Origin: Patescibacteria group bacterium
GTDB lineage: Bacteria > Patescibacteriota > Minisyncoccia > UBA6257 > 2-01-FULL-56-20
Direction: 5' to 3'
DNA length: 50,042 nt
Assembly: GCA_038058095.1 (NCBI GenBank)
Contig: JBBUBW010000009.1
Location: 1 to 50,042 of the forward strand
Notes under the pieces: generated by a model
Seen by the model: the letters and a program-made list of their open reading frames with translations, nothing else
Database searches by the model: none
What the model was told of the DNA's origin: nothing
Part shown: positions 7,795-17,248 of the stretch, one piece after another
Numbering within the stretch: position 1 is the stretch's first letter
Layout of the letters: each line of letters opens with the position of its first letter
Position numbers and translations under genes: made by a program

Positions 7795-10191
7795 ATGACT
7801 CTTTTCAAAAAAATTCTCCTTTTCCTCTTAGTCGGCATTCTTGGATTAATTATTCTAGGCATCCTGTCTTTTCTATACTTCTCAAAAGATTTACCGACTC
7901 CGGACCAAATCATAAATCGCCAAGTTTCTGAATCCACTAAAATTTACGACCGTACCGGCAAAGTTATCCTTTATGAAATCAGCGGGGGTCAAAAAAGAAC
8001 TTCTATCTCATTTGAAGAAATACCCCAGTCCCTCAAAGACGCGACCATCGCAATTGAAGACGAAAAATTTTATCAGGAGCCCGGATTCAGTATTCGAGGC
8101 ATACTCCGCGCTCTTTTGGTAAATCTTTCTAAGGGCAAAATTCTCCAGGGAGGATCAACCATCACTCAGCAACTAGCTCGAAACGCCTTCCTCTCTCCAG
8201 AGCAAACGATTGTTCGAAAAATTAAAGAGTTCCTTTTAGCCATCCAGCTTAATCGCCGCTATTCCAAAGATAAAATTTTAAATCTCTACCTCAACGAAAT
8301 CCCGTATGGGCCGACCATCTACGGCGTTGAGTCGGCCAGCCAAGCCTACTTTAATAAACACTCCAAAGACCTAGCCTTGGCTGAAAGCGCCATTTTGGCA
8401 GCCCTTCCTAAAGCTCCTAGCTACTACTACCCGTGGGGAGCTCATCAAAAAGAACTACTTAATAGAAGTCGCTTGGTATTAAAAAAAATGATGGAGCTGA
8501 AAAAAATTTCGCCGGAAGATTACAAAAAAGCAAACGTTGAAAAAGTTTCATTCGCTCCACAAGAAGAGCGGGGGATTAAAGCCCCTCATTTTGTAATCTC
8601 CATCCAAGACTACTTGGTCCAAAAATACGGAGAAGACTCGGTCCGCTTGGGAGGGCTAAAAGTTATCACTACTCTCGACTGGGAACTCCAGCAAGCCGCA
8701 GAAAAAGCCGTATTAGAAGGAGCAAAACGCAATGAGGAACTATACACTGGAAAAAACGCCGCCTTAATTGCCCAAGATCCGAAAACTGGCCAGATTTTAG
8801 CCATGGTCGGCTCCCGCGATTACTTCGACACCAAAAACGAAGGGAATTTTAACGTCGCCACCCAAGGCCTCCGCCAGCCAGGGTCCGCTCTTAAACCCTT
8901 TGTTTATCTGGCCGCTTTCGAAAAGGGTTACACTCCCGACACGATTCTTTTTGATGTCCCGACTGAGTTTGACTCGACCGGCGATCCGCAAAAAAGTTAC
9001 CATCCCGAAAATTTTGACGGAATATTCCGGGGGCCGGTCAGCCTTCGCCGAGCCCTAGCTCAGTCTATTAACATTCCCGCAGTCAAAACCCTTTACCTAG
9101 TTAGTATTCCTGATGTCCTTGAAGTTTTAAAAAACTTTGGCGTTACCACCCTAAACGATCCTCGTCGCTACGGCCTCTCTTTGGTCTTGGGAGGGGGTGA
9201 AGTCAAGCTTGTTGATATGGTAGGAGCCTATTCGGTTCTTTCTCAAAACGGGATCGAACACCCTCAAACTTCAATCTTGGAAATTAAAGATAATAAAGGA
9301 AATGTTTTAGAATCCTTTAAGGATTCCTCTCGAGAAGTTGTGAGCGCCCAATACCCTCGTCTTATTAACGACGTCCTCTCTGATGTTGACGCGAGATCCG
9401 CGCTCTATAGCAACAGCTTAAACCTAACTCTTGTCTCCGGTCATGATATCGCTCTAAAAACCGGAACTTCAAACGACTACCGCGACGCGTGGGTTTTTGG
9501 CTACACACCCGCTTTCGTCGCTGGTGTTTGGGCCGGCAATAACAATAACGCTCCCATGCAAAAAAAGGGGTCGAGCATCCTCGCCGCCCTCCCGATTTGG
9601 CATGCTTTTATGAGCGAAGCTTTAAAAAATAAACCGCCCGAAGCCTTCTCCCGCCCCGACCCGGTAATCGCTCAAAAACCCATCTTAGCCGGGAATTATT
9701 TAGTCGAAAACCAAATTCATTCCATCCTCTATTACGTCAACCGAAAAAATCCCACCGGCCCCTATCCATCAAATCCAGAATCTGATTCTCAATTCACTAA
9801 CTGGGAGTCAGGAGTTTTGAATTGGGCAAGAACCAACCTTCCTAATTTCTTAGACTTTAATAAACCAGGGAGTACACCTCCTCTTTTTTCTTCGGAGAAT
9901 TTCACTAATACAACCCGGCCCGAAATTACCGTTCAAAAGCCGGCCGTGGGAGAATTTGTGAAAAGCCCTCTCGTTATTCAGGCTGTAATTAAAAGCCCAG
10001 ACACCTTATTGGAAATTAATATTTCTTTAAACGGCGCAACTGTCCAAAAAATTACCCAAAATCTTTCTTCACCTTATTTTCTCAATCTCCAACTCAGCAA
10101 TTTGCAACTCGGAACCCAAAACTCGCTAGAAATCGAAGCTAGGAGTCAAAAGGGCGTATCTAGTAAGGCTGGCGTTATTTTTTACCAATAA
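7795..10191 (+). CDS. penicillin-binding protein 1A family (glycosyltransferase GT51 + transpeptidase)
   Basis: The motifs EDEKFY, GGSTITQQLARN and RKIKE indicate the GT51 domain, and SALKPF and KTGTS indicate the transpeptidase. The ATG at 7795 is preferred because the track start overlaps the terminator. Confidence 0.85.
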   Translation: MTLFKKILLFLLVGILGLIILGILSFLYFSKDLPTPDQIINRQVSESTKIYDRTGKVILYEISGGQKRTSISFEEIPQSLKDATIAIEDEKFYQEPGFSIRGILRALLVNLSKGKILQGGSTITQQLARNAFLSPEQTIVRKIKEFLLAIQLNRRYSKDKILNLYLNEIPYGPTIYGVESASQAYFNKHSKDLALAESAILAALPKAPSYYYPWGAHQKELLNRSRLVLKKMMELKKISPEDYKKANVEKVSFAPQEERGIKAPHFVISIQDYLVQKYGEDSVRLGGLKVITTLDWELQQAAEKAVLEGAKRNEELYTGKNAALIAQDPKTGQILAMVGSRDYFDTKNEGNFNVATQGLRQPGSALKPFVYLAAFEKGYTPDTILFDVPTEFDSTGDPQKSYHPENFDGIFRGPVSLRRALAQSINIPAVKTLYLVSIPDVLEVLKNFGVTTLNDPRRYGLSLVLGGGEVKLVDMVGAYSVLSQNGIEHPQTSILEIKDNKGNVLESFKDSSREVVSAQYPRLINDVLSDVDARSALYSNSLNLTLVSGHDIALKTGTSNDYRDAWVFGYTPAFVAGVWAGNNNNAPMQKKGSSILAALPIWHAFMSEALKNKPPEAFSRPDPVIAQKPILAGNYLVENQIHSILYYVNRKNPTGPYPSNPESDSQFTNWESGVLNWARTNLPNFLDFNKPGSTPPLFSSENFTNTTRPEITVQKPAVGEFVKSPLVIQAVIKSPDTLLEINISLNGATVQKITQNLSSPYFLNLQLSNLQLGTQNSLEIEARSQKGVSSKAGVIFYQ

Positions 10192-10196
10192 AGCCT

Positions 10197-10224
10197 CTCC
10201 GGCCTAAAAACCGGAGCTTCTTTT
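10197..10224 (+). terminator. possible rho-independent terminator after the PBP gene
   Basis: CTCCGG-8 nt-CCGGAG followed by CTTCTTTT. The stem is short. Confidence 0.4.
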
Positions 10225-10358
10225 AATGAGAGGCCGAAACCCCGCGCCGAAAGCCCTAGATAGACACCGTTTATTCACACTCAAAAAGATGGGTTTTTGG
10301 CGCTGGGGTAAAAAATCCGTACTAAAGATTCTATTTTCTACTTTCCAAAATTCTATTC

Positions 10359-11471
10359 TTAGGCTTTCAATATCGGCATTAGAATATAAAAATAAGATGC
10401 CTCGTTTTGAGACCTTAACAACGAGGGTTTGTTATCTGCCTCGTTCACTCCAAGAAAAACTTCTTCGGTTTTTAAAACCCTAAGCCCGTCGGCTAAATAT
10501 CGCCAATTAAAACCCACTTCGCCAAAATTTCTTTGAATCTTAGCTGGTAAAAGATATTTATTCTCCCCCACTTCTCGGCTGGCAGAATAAATTTCTAGAA
10601 CTCGCCCGTCAGAACCTTTGATTTTAACTTCACTGGTTTGACTACTGAAAACTCCGGCTAGCTTAAGCGCGTTTATTAATTCTTCTCTTGCCACCACCAC
10701 CTCGGCATCAAATTTTTGAGGGATAATCGCTGTGTAATCGGGGAAGTTGGCGTCGGTCAGCCTAGAAATAAGCTCCAACCGGTCGGTTTTAAATAAAGCC
10801 TGGTTTTGATCATAATAAATTCTCACTACGTCGTCATCCTTAAAAACCCGCATCAGTTCGTGACAAGTTTTAAGTGGCACTAAAAATCTAAACCCTTGAG
10901 AATATTTTGTCTTGAATTGTGTTGAAATAATCGTCTTCTCTGCCAACCGGAAACTATCCGTCCCTGCTATTTTTAAATTATCCAAGTTAAATTCAAAAAG
11001 AACGCTGTTCAGCTCCGACCGTAATTCGGAAAATTGAGTGGCAATAACCACCTGTCCCAACGCTTCCTTAAAAATCCCAGCCTCCAGCTCTAAAAAATCT
11101 TCTGTATTTTTTATTTTGGGGATAATAGGAAAATCTTCAACCGGCAACGTCTGAATAGCTGCTTCATAATTATCAGTCTTTACTTCCAGTTGGCTGCCCT
11201 TTTTCTCTAGGTTTAATCTCTCACTTTGTAGGTTGTTAATTAAATTTAGAAAGGTGCCTATTGGAACATTTATCTTTCCTTTCTCTATAACCTTCCCTGA
11301 AACAAAACAAGTAATCGCAATTTCTAAATTAGTCGCCGTAAGTTCCACCTTCCCATCGAGTGCTTCAAGTCGGGCATATTTCAAAACAGGAAGATTTAAA
11401 TTTTCCCCGCTAGCCCTCTCGACTGCGCTTAACGCCTCCTTTAAATTTCCTCTTATCACCACCACTTTCAT
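10359..11471 (-). CDS. dnaN: DNA polymerase III beta sliding clamp
   Basis: 370 aa. It sits downstream of dnaA and shows the typical three-domain clamp pattern (N-terminus MKVVVIRGNLKEAL). Confidence 0.9.
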   Translation of the reverse strand: MKVVVIRGNLKEALSAVERASGENLNLPVLKYARLEALDGKVELTATNLEIAITCFVSGKVIEKGKINVPIGTFLNLINNLQSERLNLEKKGSQLEVKTDNYEAAIQTLPVEDFPIIPKIKNTEDFLELEAGIFKEALGQVVIATQFSELRSELNSVLFEFNLDNLKIAGTDSFRLAEKTIISTQFKTKYSQGFRFLVPLKTCHELMRVFKDDDVVRIYYDQNQALFKTDRLELISRLTDANFPDYTAIIPQKFDAEVVVAREELINALKLAGVFSSQTSEVKIKGSDGRVLEIYSASREVGENKYLLPAKIQRNFGEVGFNWRYLADGLRVLKTEEVFLGVNEADNKPSLLRSQNEASYFYILMPILKA

Positions 11472-11602
11472 AATTACTAATTAATAAATTAATTTGTTAA
11501 TATTGTTAATGGGACAACTTTGGGGACAACTTTCCCAACCTCTTTTTAACCTTGTTTTTATTGTATTATTATCGCTCGCTAAAAATTATTTTCCCAAAGT
11601 CC

Positions 11603-11611
11603 TGTGGGTAA
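11603..11611. promoter_or_regulatory. DnaA-box-like 9-mer TGTGGGTAA (8/9 to TGTGGATAA)
   Basis: Single near-consensus box in the AT-rich dnaA-dnaN spacer. A tandem GGGACAACTTT x2 lies nearby at about 11511-11534. Confidence 0.3.
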
Positions 11612-11629
11612 GTTGGGGGAGCGAATTGC

Positions 11630-12991
11630 TTAACCTTTGTTGTGTAATGATTCCTTAATCATGATAATTTTTTGGTTAAACGGCGAATTCTTATTTACTT
11701 CCTGGTTTATTTTCTCATAAGAATGAATTACTGTCGTGTGGTCCCGTCCAAGCTTCTCCCCAATGTATGGGTAAGACATCCTCAGGATATCCCGAAGTAA
11801 ATACATTGCCACTTGTCGCGGTTCAACCGTTTCTTTTTTCCGCGACCTGCCGACTAAATCCGGAATTCCTACGTTATAAAAATCAGCCACCGCCTTTAGG
11901 ATTTGATCATCGCTAATTCTCCCAAGAAAATTTTGGGTGGACTTCTCGATAATTTCTTCCGCTGTCTTTTTATCGACTTCAATTCCCTTCCTTTCCTGGT
12001 AAAAAAGAATTTTATTTAAAACTCCCTCCAACTCACGGACGTTTCGTTTAATTGAATTCGCTATCAAATCAATTACTTGGATAGATAACTGTCTATTCGC
12101 CACCTGAAGGCGATTTTTGATTATAGCCACCCGCATTTCATATTCCGGGTATCCGATATCTGCCGTCAATCCGCCATCAAAGCGAGATCGCAACCTCTCT
12201 TCGAGGGTTGGTATTGACTGAGGGGGGCGGTCTGAAGAGATAATTATCTGCTTATTTCCCTCATATAGCGTGTTAAAAGTATGGAAAAATTCTTCTTCTG
12301 TTTTCTCTTTTCCTCCAATAAACTGGATATCGTCAATAATTAAAACATCGCAATCTCGGTACCTTTTTTTCATATCCTCCATCCGTTTATTGCGGATTCC
12401 CCAAACCACATCGCTCGTAAACTTTTCAGAAGACACATAGCGCGGACGGTATTTCCCCTTATATTGAATTTTAATCTCATTTCCTATGGCCTGGATTAAA
12501 TGGGTTTTCCCTAAACCCACACCTCCATAAATAAAGAAAGGATTATACTTAGTCCCAACTTCTTGGACTATCGCTAAGGCCGCCGCATGAGCCAGTTCGT
12601 TCGATGAGCCCACTATAAAAGAATCAAGAGTGTACCTTGGGTTAAGGTTGGTGTCGGGATCAACCCTAGCCAAATCCAAGCCCGCCTGATTATCTATTTT
12701 ATTAAAATCAACCTCTAAGTGCTTCTTCGCTAAAGTCTTTGGTTCCTGATTAGTAACTATGAATTCCAATTTTTTAGCGGAAACATCAAAATTTCTCAGA
12801 ACCCCCAAGATATTTTTTTGATAATTATTCTCAATCCACTCCTTCACAAAGTTATTTGGTAAAGCCACAAAAAAAACCCCCTCCTTCCTATCAATTAATT
12901 GACTGTTTTTGAGCCAAGTGGCAAAATTTGCCCTCGAAAGCTGGACTTCCATCTCACTCAAGGTTAATTGCCAAAGTTGATTCAAATCCAT
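11630..12991 (-). CDS. dnaA: chromosomal replication initiator DnaA
   Basis: Walker A GGVGLGKTHL, Walker B LIIDDIQF and a C-terminal DNA-binding domain (GRDHTTVIH). The ATG at 12991 is preferred to the TTG at 13033. Confidence 0.95.
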   Translation of the reverse strand: MDLNQLWQLTLSEMEVQLSRANFATWLKNSQLIDRKEGVFFVALPNNFVKEWIENNYQKNILGVLRNFDVSAKKLEFIVTNQEPKTLAKKHLEVDFNKIDNQAGLDLARVDPDTNLNPRYTLDSFIVGSSNELAHAAALAIVQEVGTKYNPFFIYGGVGLGKTHLIQAIGNEIKIQYKGKYRPRYVSSEKFTSDVVWGIRNKRMEDMKKRYRDCDVLIIDDIQFIGGKEKTEEEFFHTFNTLYEGNKQIIISSDRPPQSIPTLEERLRSRFDGGLTADIGYPEYEMRVAIIKNRLQVANRQLSIQVIDLIANSIKRNVRELEGVLNKILFYQERKGIEVDKKTAEEIIEKSTQNFLGRISDDQILKAVADFYNVGIPDLVGRSRKKETVEPRQVAMYLLRDILRMSYPYIGEKLGRDHTTVIHSYEKINQEVNKNSPFNQKIIMIKESLHNKG

Positions 12992-13176
12992 CAAGCTTAT
13001 TGTAGTCGCTATTTTTTCGAAGTCAAAGACCAACGTTTCGTTGAGTTGGGGAATACCTGTTGAAAACTATTTTTTAGGATTAATCCATTCGGTAATTTGC
13101 CAATCCGAGACTAATTGTAGTAGAATTCAAACTCAAGGTCACACACTAAAAAGAAAACAATTAAATCGCATTTATT

Positions 13177-13311
13177 ATGTCGCAGACTTACCAGCCAAAA
13201 AAAAGGAAAAGAGCCAAAACGCACGGTTTTAGGGCTAGACAAAGAAAGCCAGGAGGCCGGAAGGTACTAAGTCGGCGCCGAAACAAGGGACGAAAGAAAC
13301 TCGCCCTCTAA
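13177..13311 (+). CDS. rpmH: 50S ribosomal protein L34
   Basis: Hand translation [44 protein letters not shown] (44 aa). It is not in the ORF track because of its length. Confidence 0.9.
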   Translation: MSQTYQPKKRKRAKTHGFRARQRKPGGRKVLSRRRNKGRKKLAL

Positions 13312-13342
13312 ATTTTTCTTATCCCAACTCCATTTTGGTATG

Positions 13343-13471
13343 CCCCGTAGGAAATGGCGAGAAAATTCACAACATTTTTGAGCCAAGAGTCAAAAACTTC
13401 TAATGTATATAGCGGAATCCATTCTAAGGTCGGAATTAGCAATCACGAAAAATATTTTATTTCCTACGGGG
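13343..13471. repeat. CCCCGTAC-family long hairpin H3 (between rpmH and rnpA)
   Basis: Arms CCCCGTAGGAAAT (13343-13355) and ATTTCCTACGGGG (13459-13471) are perfectly complementary. The ends resemble those of the element at 31382-31511. Confidence 0.65.
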
Positions 13472-13472
13472 T

Positions 13473-13805
13473 ATGTTGTCTAAAAAATTTCGTCTTCCCG
13501 TAAAAGATTTTAGAAGCCAAAGGACTGCGTCCATTAAAACCCCGAGTCTCATCGTGCGGGTTTGTCCTAACCAGTTAAACCACAACCGATTCGCCGTGAT
13601 TATTAGCGCCAAGACCGAGCCTAAGTCTACTCGGCGGCACACAATCAAAAGAAAAATTATTTCTGTTATAGAAAAATGGCCAAACTTACGCCGAGACTTT
13701 CTCCTCTCCGTATTTCTTAGCACCAAAGATGTCTCTCTTGCCGATTTTAAAAAAACTATCCAAAAAGAACTAGAACAAATTATTCCAAAACTTTCCAATG
13801 TCTAA
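13473..13805 (+). CDS. rnpA: ribonuclease P protein component
   Basis: 110-aa basic protein in the conserved rpmH-rnpA-yidC order. It begins with a KKFRL motif. Confidence 0.85.
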   Translation: MLSKKFRLPVKDFRSQRTASIKTPSLIVRVCPNQLNHNRFAVIISAKTEPKSTRRHTIKRKIISVIEKWPNLRRDFLLSVFLSTKDVSLADFKKTIQKELEQIIPKLSNV

Positions 13806-14526
13806 TTTTTTTAACACCATTCTTTTTGAGCCCCTTTTTAACGCGCTGATTTTTCTTTATCAAACCATCGCCCTTAAAGATCTCGGGCTAGCCATTATTC
13901 TTCTCACCATTCTCATCCGCTTCATTCTCTATCCGGTTTTCCAAAAAAGCATCAAAGATCAGCGCGCCCTTCAAGAAATTCAGCCCAAACTCAAGAAGGT
14001 TCAAGAGGAACATAAAAAAGATCGAGTTAAGCAATCCGAGGCTATGATGGCTCTTTATAAAGAGCACAAACTAAATCCCTTTTCTCCATTTCTTACTCTC
14101 ATTATTCAACTCCCGGTTCTGATTACTCTCTATAAAGTTTTTAGAACCATTCTTATCCCAGATTTTTCTAAATATCTTTATAGTATTACCCCCATCCCCC
14201 AAGCCATCAATTATTCCTTTTTAGGCTTGATTAATTTAACCCAAAGTAATATCTTTATAGTTGTCTTAGCGGTTTTAGCCCAGTATTTTCAAGGAAAGCT
14301 AAGTCTTCCTAAGAAAACCAACACCGGGACCCTAAGCACTACCGAGAAGATGAGCCAAAAAATGGTTCTATTCGCCCCGGTTTTAACCGGCGTCGTTCTT
14401 CTCTCTCTGCCATCAGCCCTCGGGCTTTTTTGGACAATGTCATCGGTCTTTTCAATCTGGCAAGATTGGATCAGCCGCAAACATCAACATGGACAACTGG
14501 ACAACATTCGTAAAACAACTGATTGA
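13798..14526 (+). CDS. yidC: membrane protein insertase YidC (short form)
   Basis: 242 aa. The segments LAIILLTILIRFILYP...Q and LQEIQPKLKKVQEEHK...MMALYKEHKLNP are typical of YidC/Oxa1. Confidence 0.85.
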   Translation: MSNFFNTILFEPLFNALIFLYQTIALKDLGLAIILLTILIRFILYPVFQKSIKDQRALQEIQPKLKKVQEEHKKDRVKQSEAMMALYKEHKLNPFSPFLTLIIQLPVLITLYKVFRTILIPDFSKYLYSITPIPQAINYSFLGLINLTQSNIFIVVLAVLAQYFQGKLSLPKKTNTGTLSTTEKMSQKMVLFAPVLTGVVLLSLPSALGLFWTMSSVFSIWQDWISRKHQHGQLDNIRKTTD

Positions 14527-14929
14527 ATTGATGGGGTTCAAAGATTTTCGAGTCGACGCCGACTCAGGCGCCCAGCGGGGTGTGGTTTTTATTTACGACA
14601 ACCCCGACCTTATCAAAGAGAACTTGCCCGTTTTTGTGGAGGGAGTGAATCATTTTATCCAACTAATCGCTAGGAAAAATAATCAAGAGCCGGTTTTTTT
14701 CGATTTCAATAATTATCGCCAAGAAAGAGAGAATTTAATTACTGAGCTCGCCAGGGCGGCGGCCAAAAAAGTTATGGTCACAAGCGAAGATATTTCTCTC
14801 CCCGCCATGAATTCATACGAAAGGCGTCTCGTCCACCTAGCTCTCGCCATTCACCCAGAAGTGACTACCGAAAGTATGGGAATAAAACGTGAACGGCACG
14901 TGATAATTAAAAAAATAAAAGGGGACTAA
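14489..14929 (+). CDS. jag: Jag/KhpB-like R3H RNA-binding protein
   Basis: It sits after yidC. The C-terminal R3H-like segment is SYERRLVHLAL. Confidence 0.7.
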   Translation: MDNWTTFVKQLIELMGFKDFRVDADSGAQRGVVFIYDNPDLIKENLPVFVEGVNHFIQLIARKNNQEPVFFDFNNYRQERENLITELARAAAKKVMVTSEDISLPAMNSYERRLVHLALAIHPEVTTESMGIKRERHVIIKKIKGD

Positions 14930-14940
14930 CAACCCGCTTT

Positions 14941-16146
14941 TTAGTTGCTCTTAATAGGCGCAGAATAAAGCTTTCCGTCGAAACGGTTTATAAAGTAAAT
15001 TTTTTGCCCCACTCTTTTTAGGTTTGTAGCATCTATCTCATCTCCTACGAAAACCGGAATAATCTCACCGGTCGAGATTTTAATTTGGTGAATATTATCT
15101 TCGGTAAAAATTGCTTTTTTGTAATAATCGTCAGGCAAACTGTATCCCTTGAGCTGATTCTCGTCCACAGGGATAGCACAGTTCAAATATTCTTCTTTAA
15201 TAATTTGCGGGACGATGGTTTTTTTAGTTCCCGTCGCGACGGAGGTAGCGGTGACATTTCTAATTTCAAAGTAAAAAGCGCACTTAGAAGGGAGGGTCAC
15301 AAACGTGAATCGCCTCGCCAAAACTCCTTGGCGATTAATCAGTTTCAGTTGTCCGTCAGAAAGTTCAAGGGCCAAAGTTCCGCTCGCATTCCACATTATC
15401 TCAAGCCCTTTTTGGTTCTTAATAATCGGGGTTAAGGTTTTCTTTGAAAAATCAAAAACCCAAAGCGAGTTGGCAATTTGAGCGCTGGCCTTCTCGACTA
15501 GCCAAATTTCTTCCGGTCTTATCCACGTAAGATTTAAATCATTTGCGTGTAAAGAAGTAAATTCTTTCGGTTTGGCTGATTTCTGGGAAAGATCTAATGT
15601 CCCCAGTGTTAGCCCCTGAGCCGTTTTCGCTAGATAGGCAACTCGGTGATCCCCTGGCGCCCACGCCAAAGCTTGGATGTTTAAAGCAATCGGCATCCAA
15701 GTTTTACCGTCAATATCAAAAATGCTTGTTTGGGGATTTTCCGGATTACCAAATCTGGCGGCTACTATTTTGCCGTCAAACGAAAAAGATGCGTCTATTA
15801 AGCCATCAATCGCCGTTGAATTTATTGTTTTCGGCTCCTTTCCGCCCGCTTCGAAAATTTGTCCATCTGGTTGGACAAAAATAACTTTTTCTTGAGTATC
15901 AACAAAATAATCTTTTACCAAATTTGGCGCCACTTGGTTCGATTTTTGGATCAATCCTCCTAAAGAACCCTGTCCAGTACCCGCGGAAGGGGATTCTCCA
16001 CTGGTTCCATTTGGCAATGGACTCTGGTTATCGTCCGGGCTAACTGATTCTGGCGCAGTAGAGCTATTTTTTCTAAGTAAATAACCCCCAACCACCAACC
16101 CGGCTACTACTAGAACAATTATTACTAAAATTAAATATTTCTTCAT
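14941..16146 (-). CDS. membrane-anchored extracytoplasmic protein (hypothetical, beta-rich)
   Basis: 401 aa with an N-terminal TM anchor followed by a Ser/Pro/Gly linker. It is the last gene of the minus-strand T4SS-like operon. No family was recognised. Confidence 0.5.
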   Translation of the reverse strand: MKKYLILVIIVLVVAGLVVGGYLLRKNSSTAPESVSPDDNQSPLPNGTSGESPSAGTGQGSLGGLIQKSNQVAPNLVKDYFVDTQEKVIFVQPDGQIFEAGGKEPKTINSTAIDGLIDASFSFDGKIVAARFGNPENPQTSIFDIDGKTWMPIALNIQALAWAPGDHRVAYLAKTAQGLTLGTLDLSQKSAKPKEFTSLHANDLNLTWIRPEEIWLVEKASAQIANSLWVFDFSKKTLTPIIKNQKGLEIMWNASGTLALELSDGQLKLINRQGVLARRFTFVTLPSKCAFYFEIRNVTATSVATGTKKTIVPQIIKEEYLNCAIPVDENQLKGYSLPDDYYKKAIFTEDNIHQIKISTGEIIPVFVGDEIDATNLKRVGQKIYFINRFDGKLYSAPIKSN

Positions 16147-16149
16147 TTT

Positions 16150-17241
16150 TTATCTCAAGCAGAATTTAACACTCCCTCCTGATGGCGGAAGTTTACATGT
16201 AAGTTGAGTGCCATCACTAACCACTGGGCAAGAATTGGTGCTGGAGCAAGGCAAGCTACAAGAACCAGTCGAACACACATAAGGAGCGTCACACTTCTCG
16301 CTTTCTACAGGCGTGTTTTGACAACCACCTCCAAAAAACGGTAGGCATTGGCCGCCAGCTCCACAAGCGAGGTCGCCACCGCAGTCAGTCTGTGAGGTAC
16401 ACAAGCCTCCTCCCTCAGTCTTTGCGACACATTTTCCCGCAACACATCCCTGCGTGGTTGGGCTTGGGCAGTCTTCGCTAGTAAGACAAGTCCCACTTAC
16501 GACACAAATATTTCTTGGTTGAGAGCAAACAAGCCCGCTCCCACTTTGACATCCCCCATTTATGCAAGCAGCCCCAGCTGTACCGGTTTGTTTACATAAC
16601 CCATCCACGCAAGAGAGACTGTCGACGCTACCACAAGGAGTTGAGGCATCACATGTTTTTAAGATTTCCTTGCAAGATCCATCAATACATTTTTGAAACG
16701 ACAAATAAGGACAATCAGGAGTTGCTGTGCACCCTGCGGGTTTATAGCATCTATTATCGCTTGAGCATAAAAGACCAGTATTACATACGCTACCCCCTAA
16801 ACAGGGACTGTGTAATGTTCCCGGTACTTTAACTGTGATTTTGACGAGAGGTATTTTATCTAATGTTGGTAGCGACAAATTGGTTAATTTAGGATTTATA
16901 GTATTCAAAATTATAAAAGCGCCCGCTAAAAGCAAAAGTCCCAAGAGTGCCTGCTTGATCATATCTTTAGCGTCGCTTTGTCCCGAAGGATTATCAGCTG
17001 AAACCGTGTGTTTTATCGCCGCAAAAACAATAATCACAAAAGCCAAAAGCCCTCCCAGCATCAGCGCGAACTGGTAAAAATTACCTATAATATTAACCGG
17101 ATTTGGCTCCTCAACGGTCGCTGGGTTTGGTCCCGGAATACTAGGATTGATAGTGTAGGCCGCGGCCGGGTTTAAATAAAATCCAAAAAGTAATACCAAG
17201 CCAATCCCTAAATACAACCACTTCGTCTTTGAAATCTTCAT
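16150..17241 (-). CDS. VirB2/TrbC-like pilin module fused to a Cys-rich (32 Cys) C-terminal domain
   Basis: A signal-like N-terminus and two hydrophobic helices separated by a short polar loop (FALMLGGLLAFVIIVFAAI...ALLGLLLLAGAFIIL) match VirB2/TrbC pilins. The last ~215 aa contain 32 Cys in repeated DC-x6-7-C-x3-4-C units. Confidence 0.45.
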   Translation of the reverse strand: MKISKTKWLYLGIGLVLLFGFYLNPAAAYTINPSIPGPNPATVEEPNPVNIIGNFYQFALMLGGLLAFVIIVFAAIKHTVSADNPSGQSDAKDMIKQALLGLLLLAGAFIILNTINPKLTNLSLPTLDKIPLVKITVKVPGTLHSPCLGGSVCNTGLLCSSDNRCYKPAGCTATPDCPYLSFQKCIDGSCKEILKTCDASTPCGSVDSLSCVDGLCKQTGTAGAACINGGCQSGSGLVCSQPRNICVVSGTCLTSEDCPSPTTQGCVAGKCVAKTEGGGLCTSQTDCGGDLACGAGGQCLPFFGGGCQNTPVESEKCDAPYVCSTGSCSLPCSSTNSCPVVSDGTQLTCKLPPSGGSVKFCLR

Positions 17242-17248
17242 ATCTTTT

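Noticed and set aside
10226-10483. 85-aa plus-strand ORF between the PBP gene and dnaN
   Set aside because: It overlaps the dnaN 3' end on the opposite strand. It has no RBS or recognisable family, and it lies downstream of the PBP terminator.
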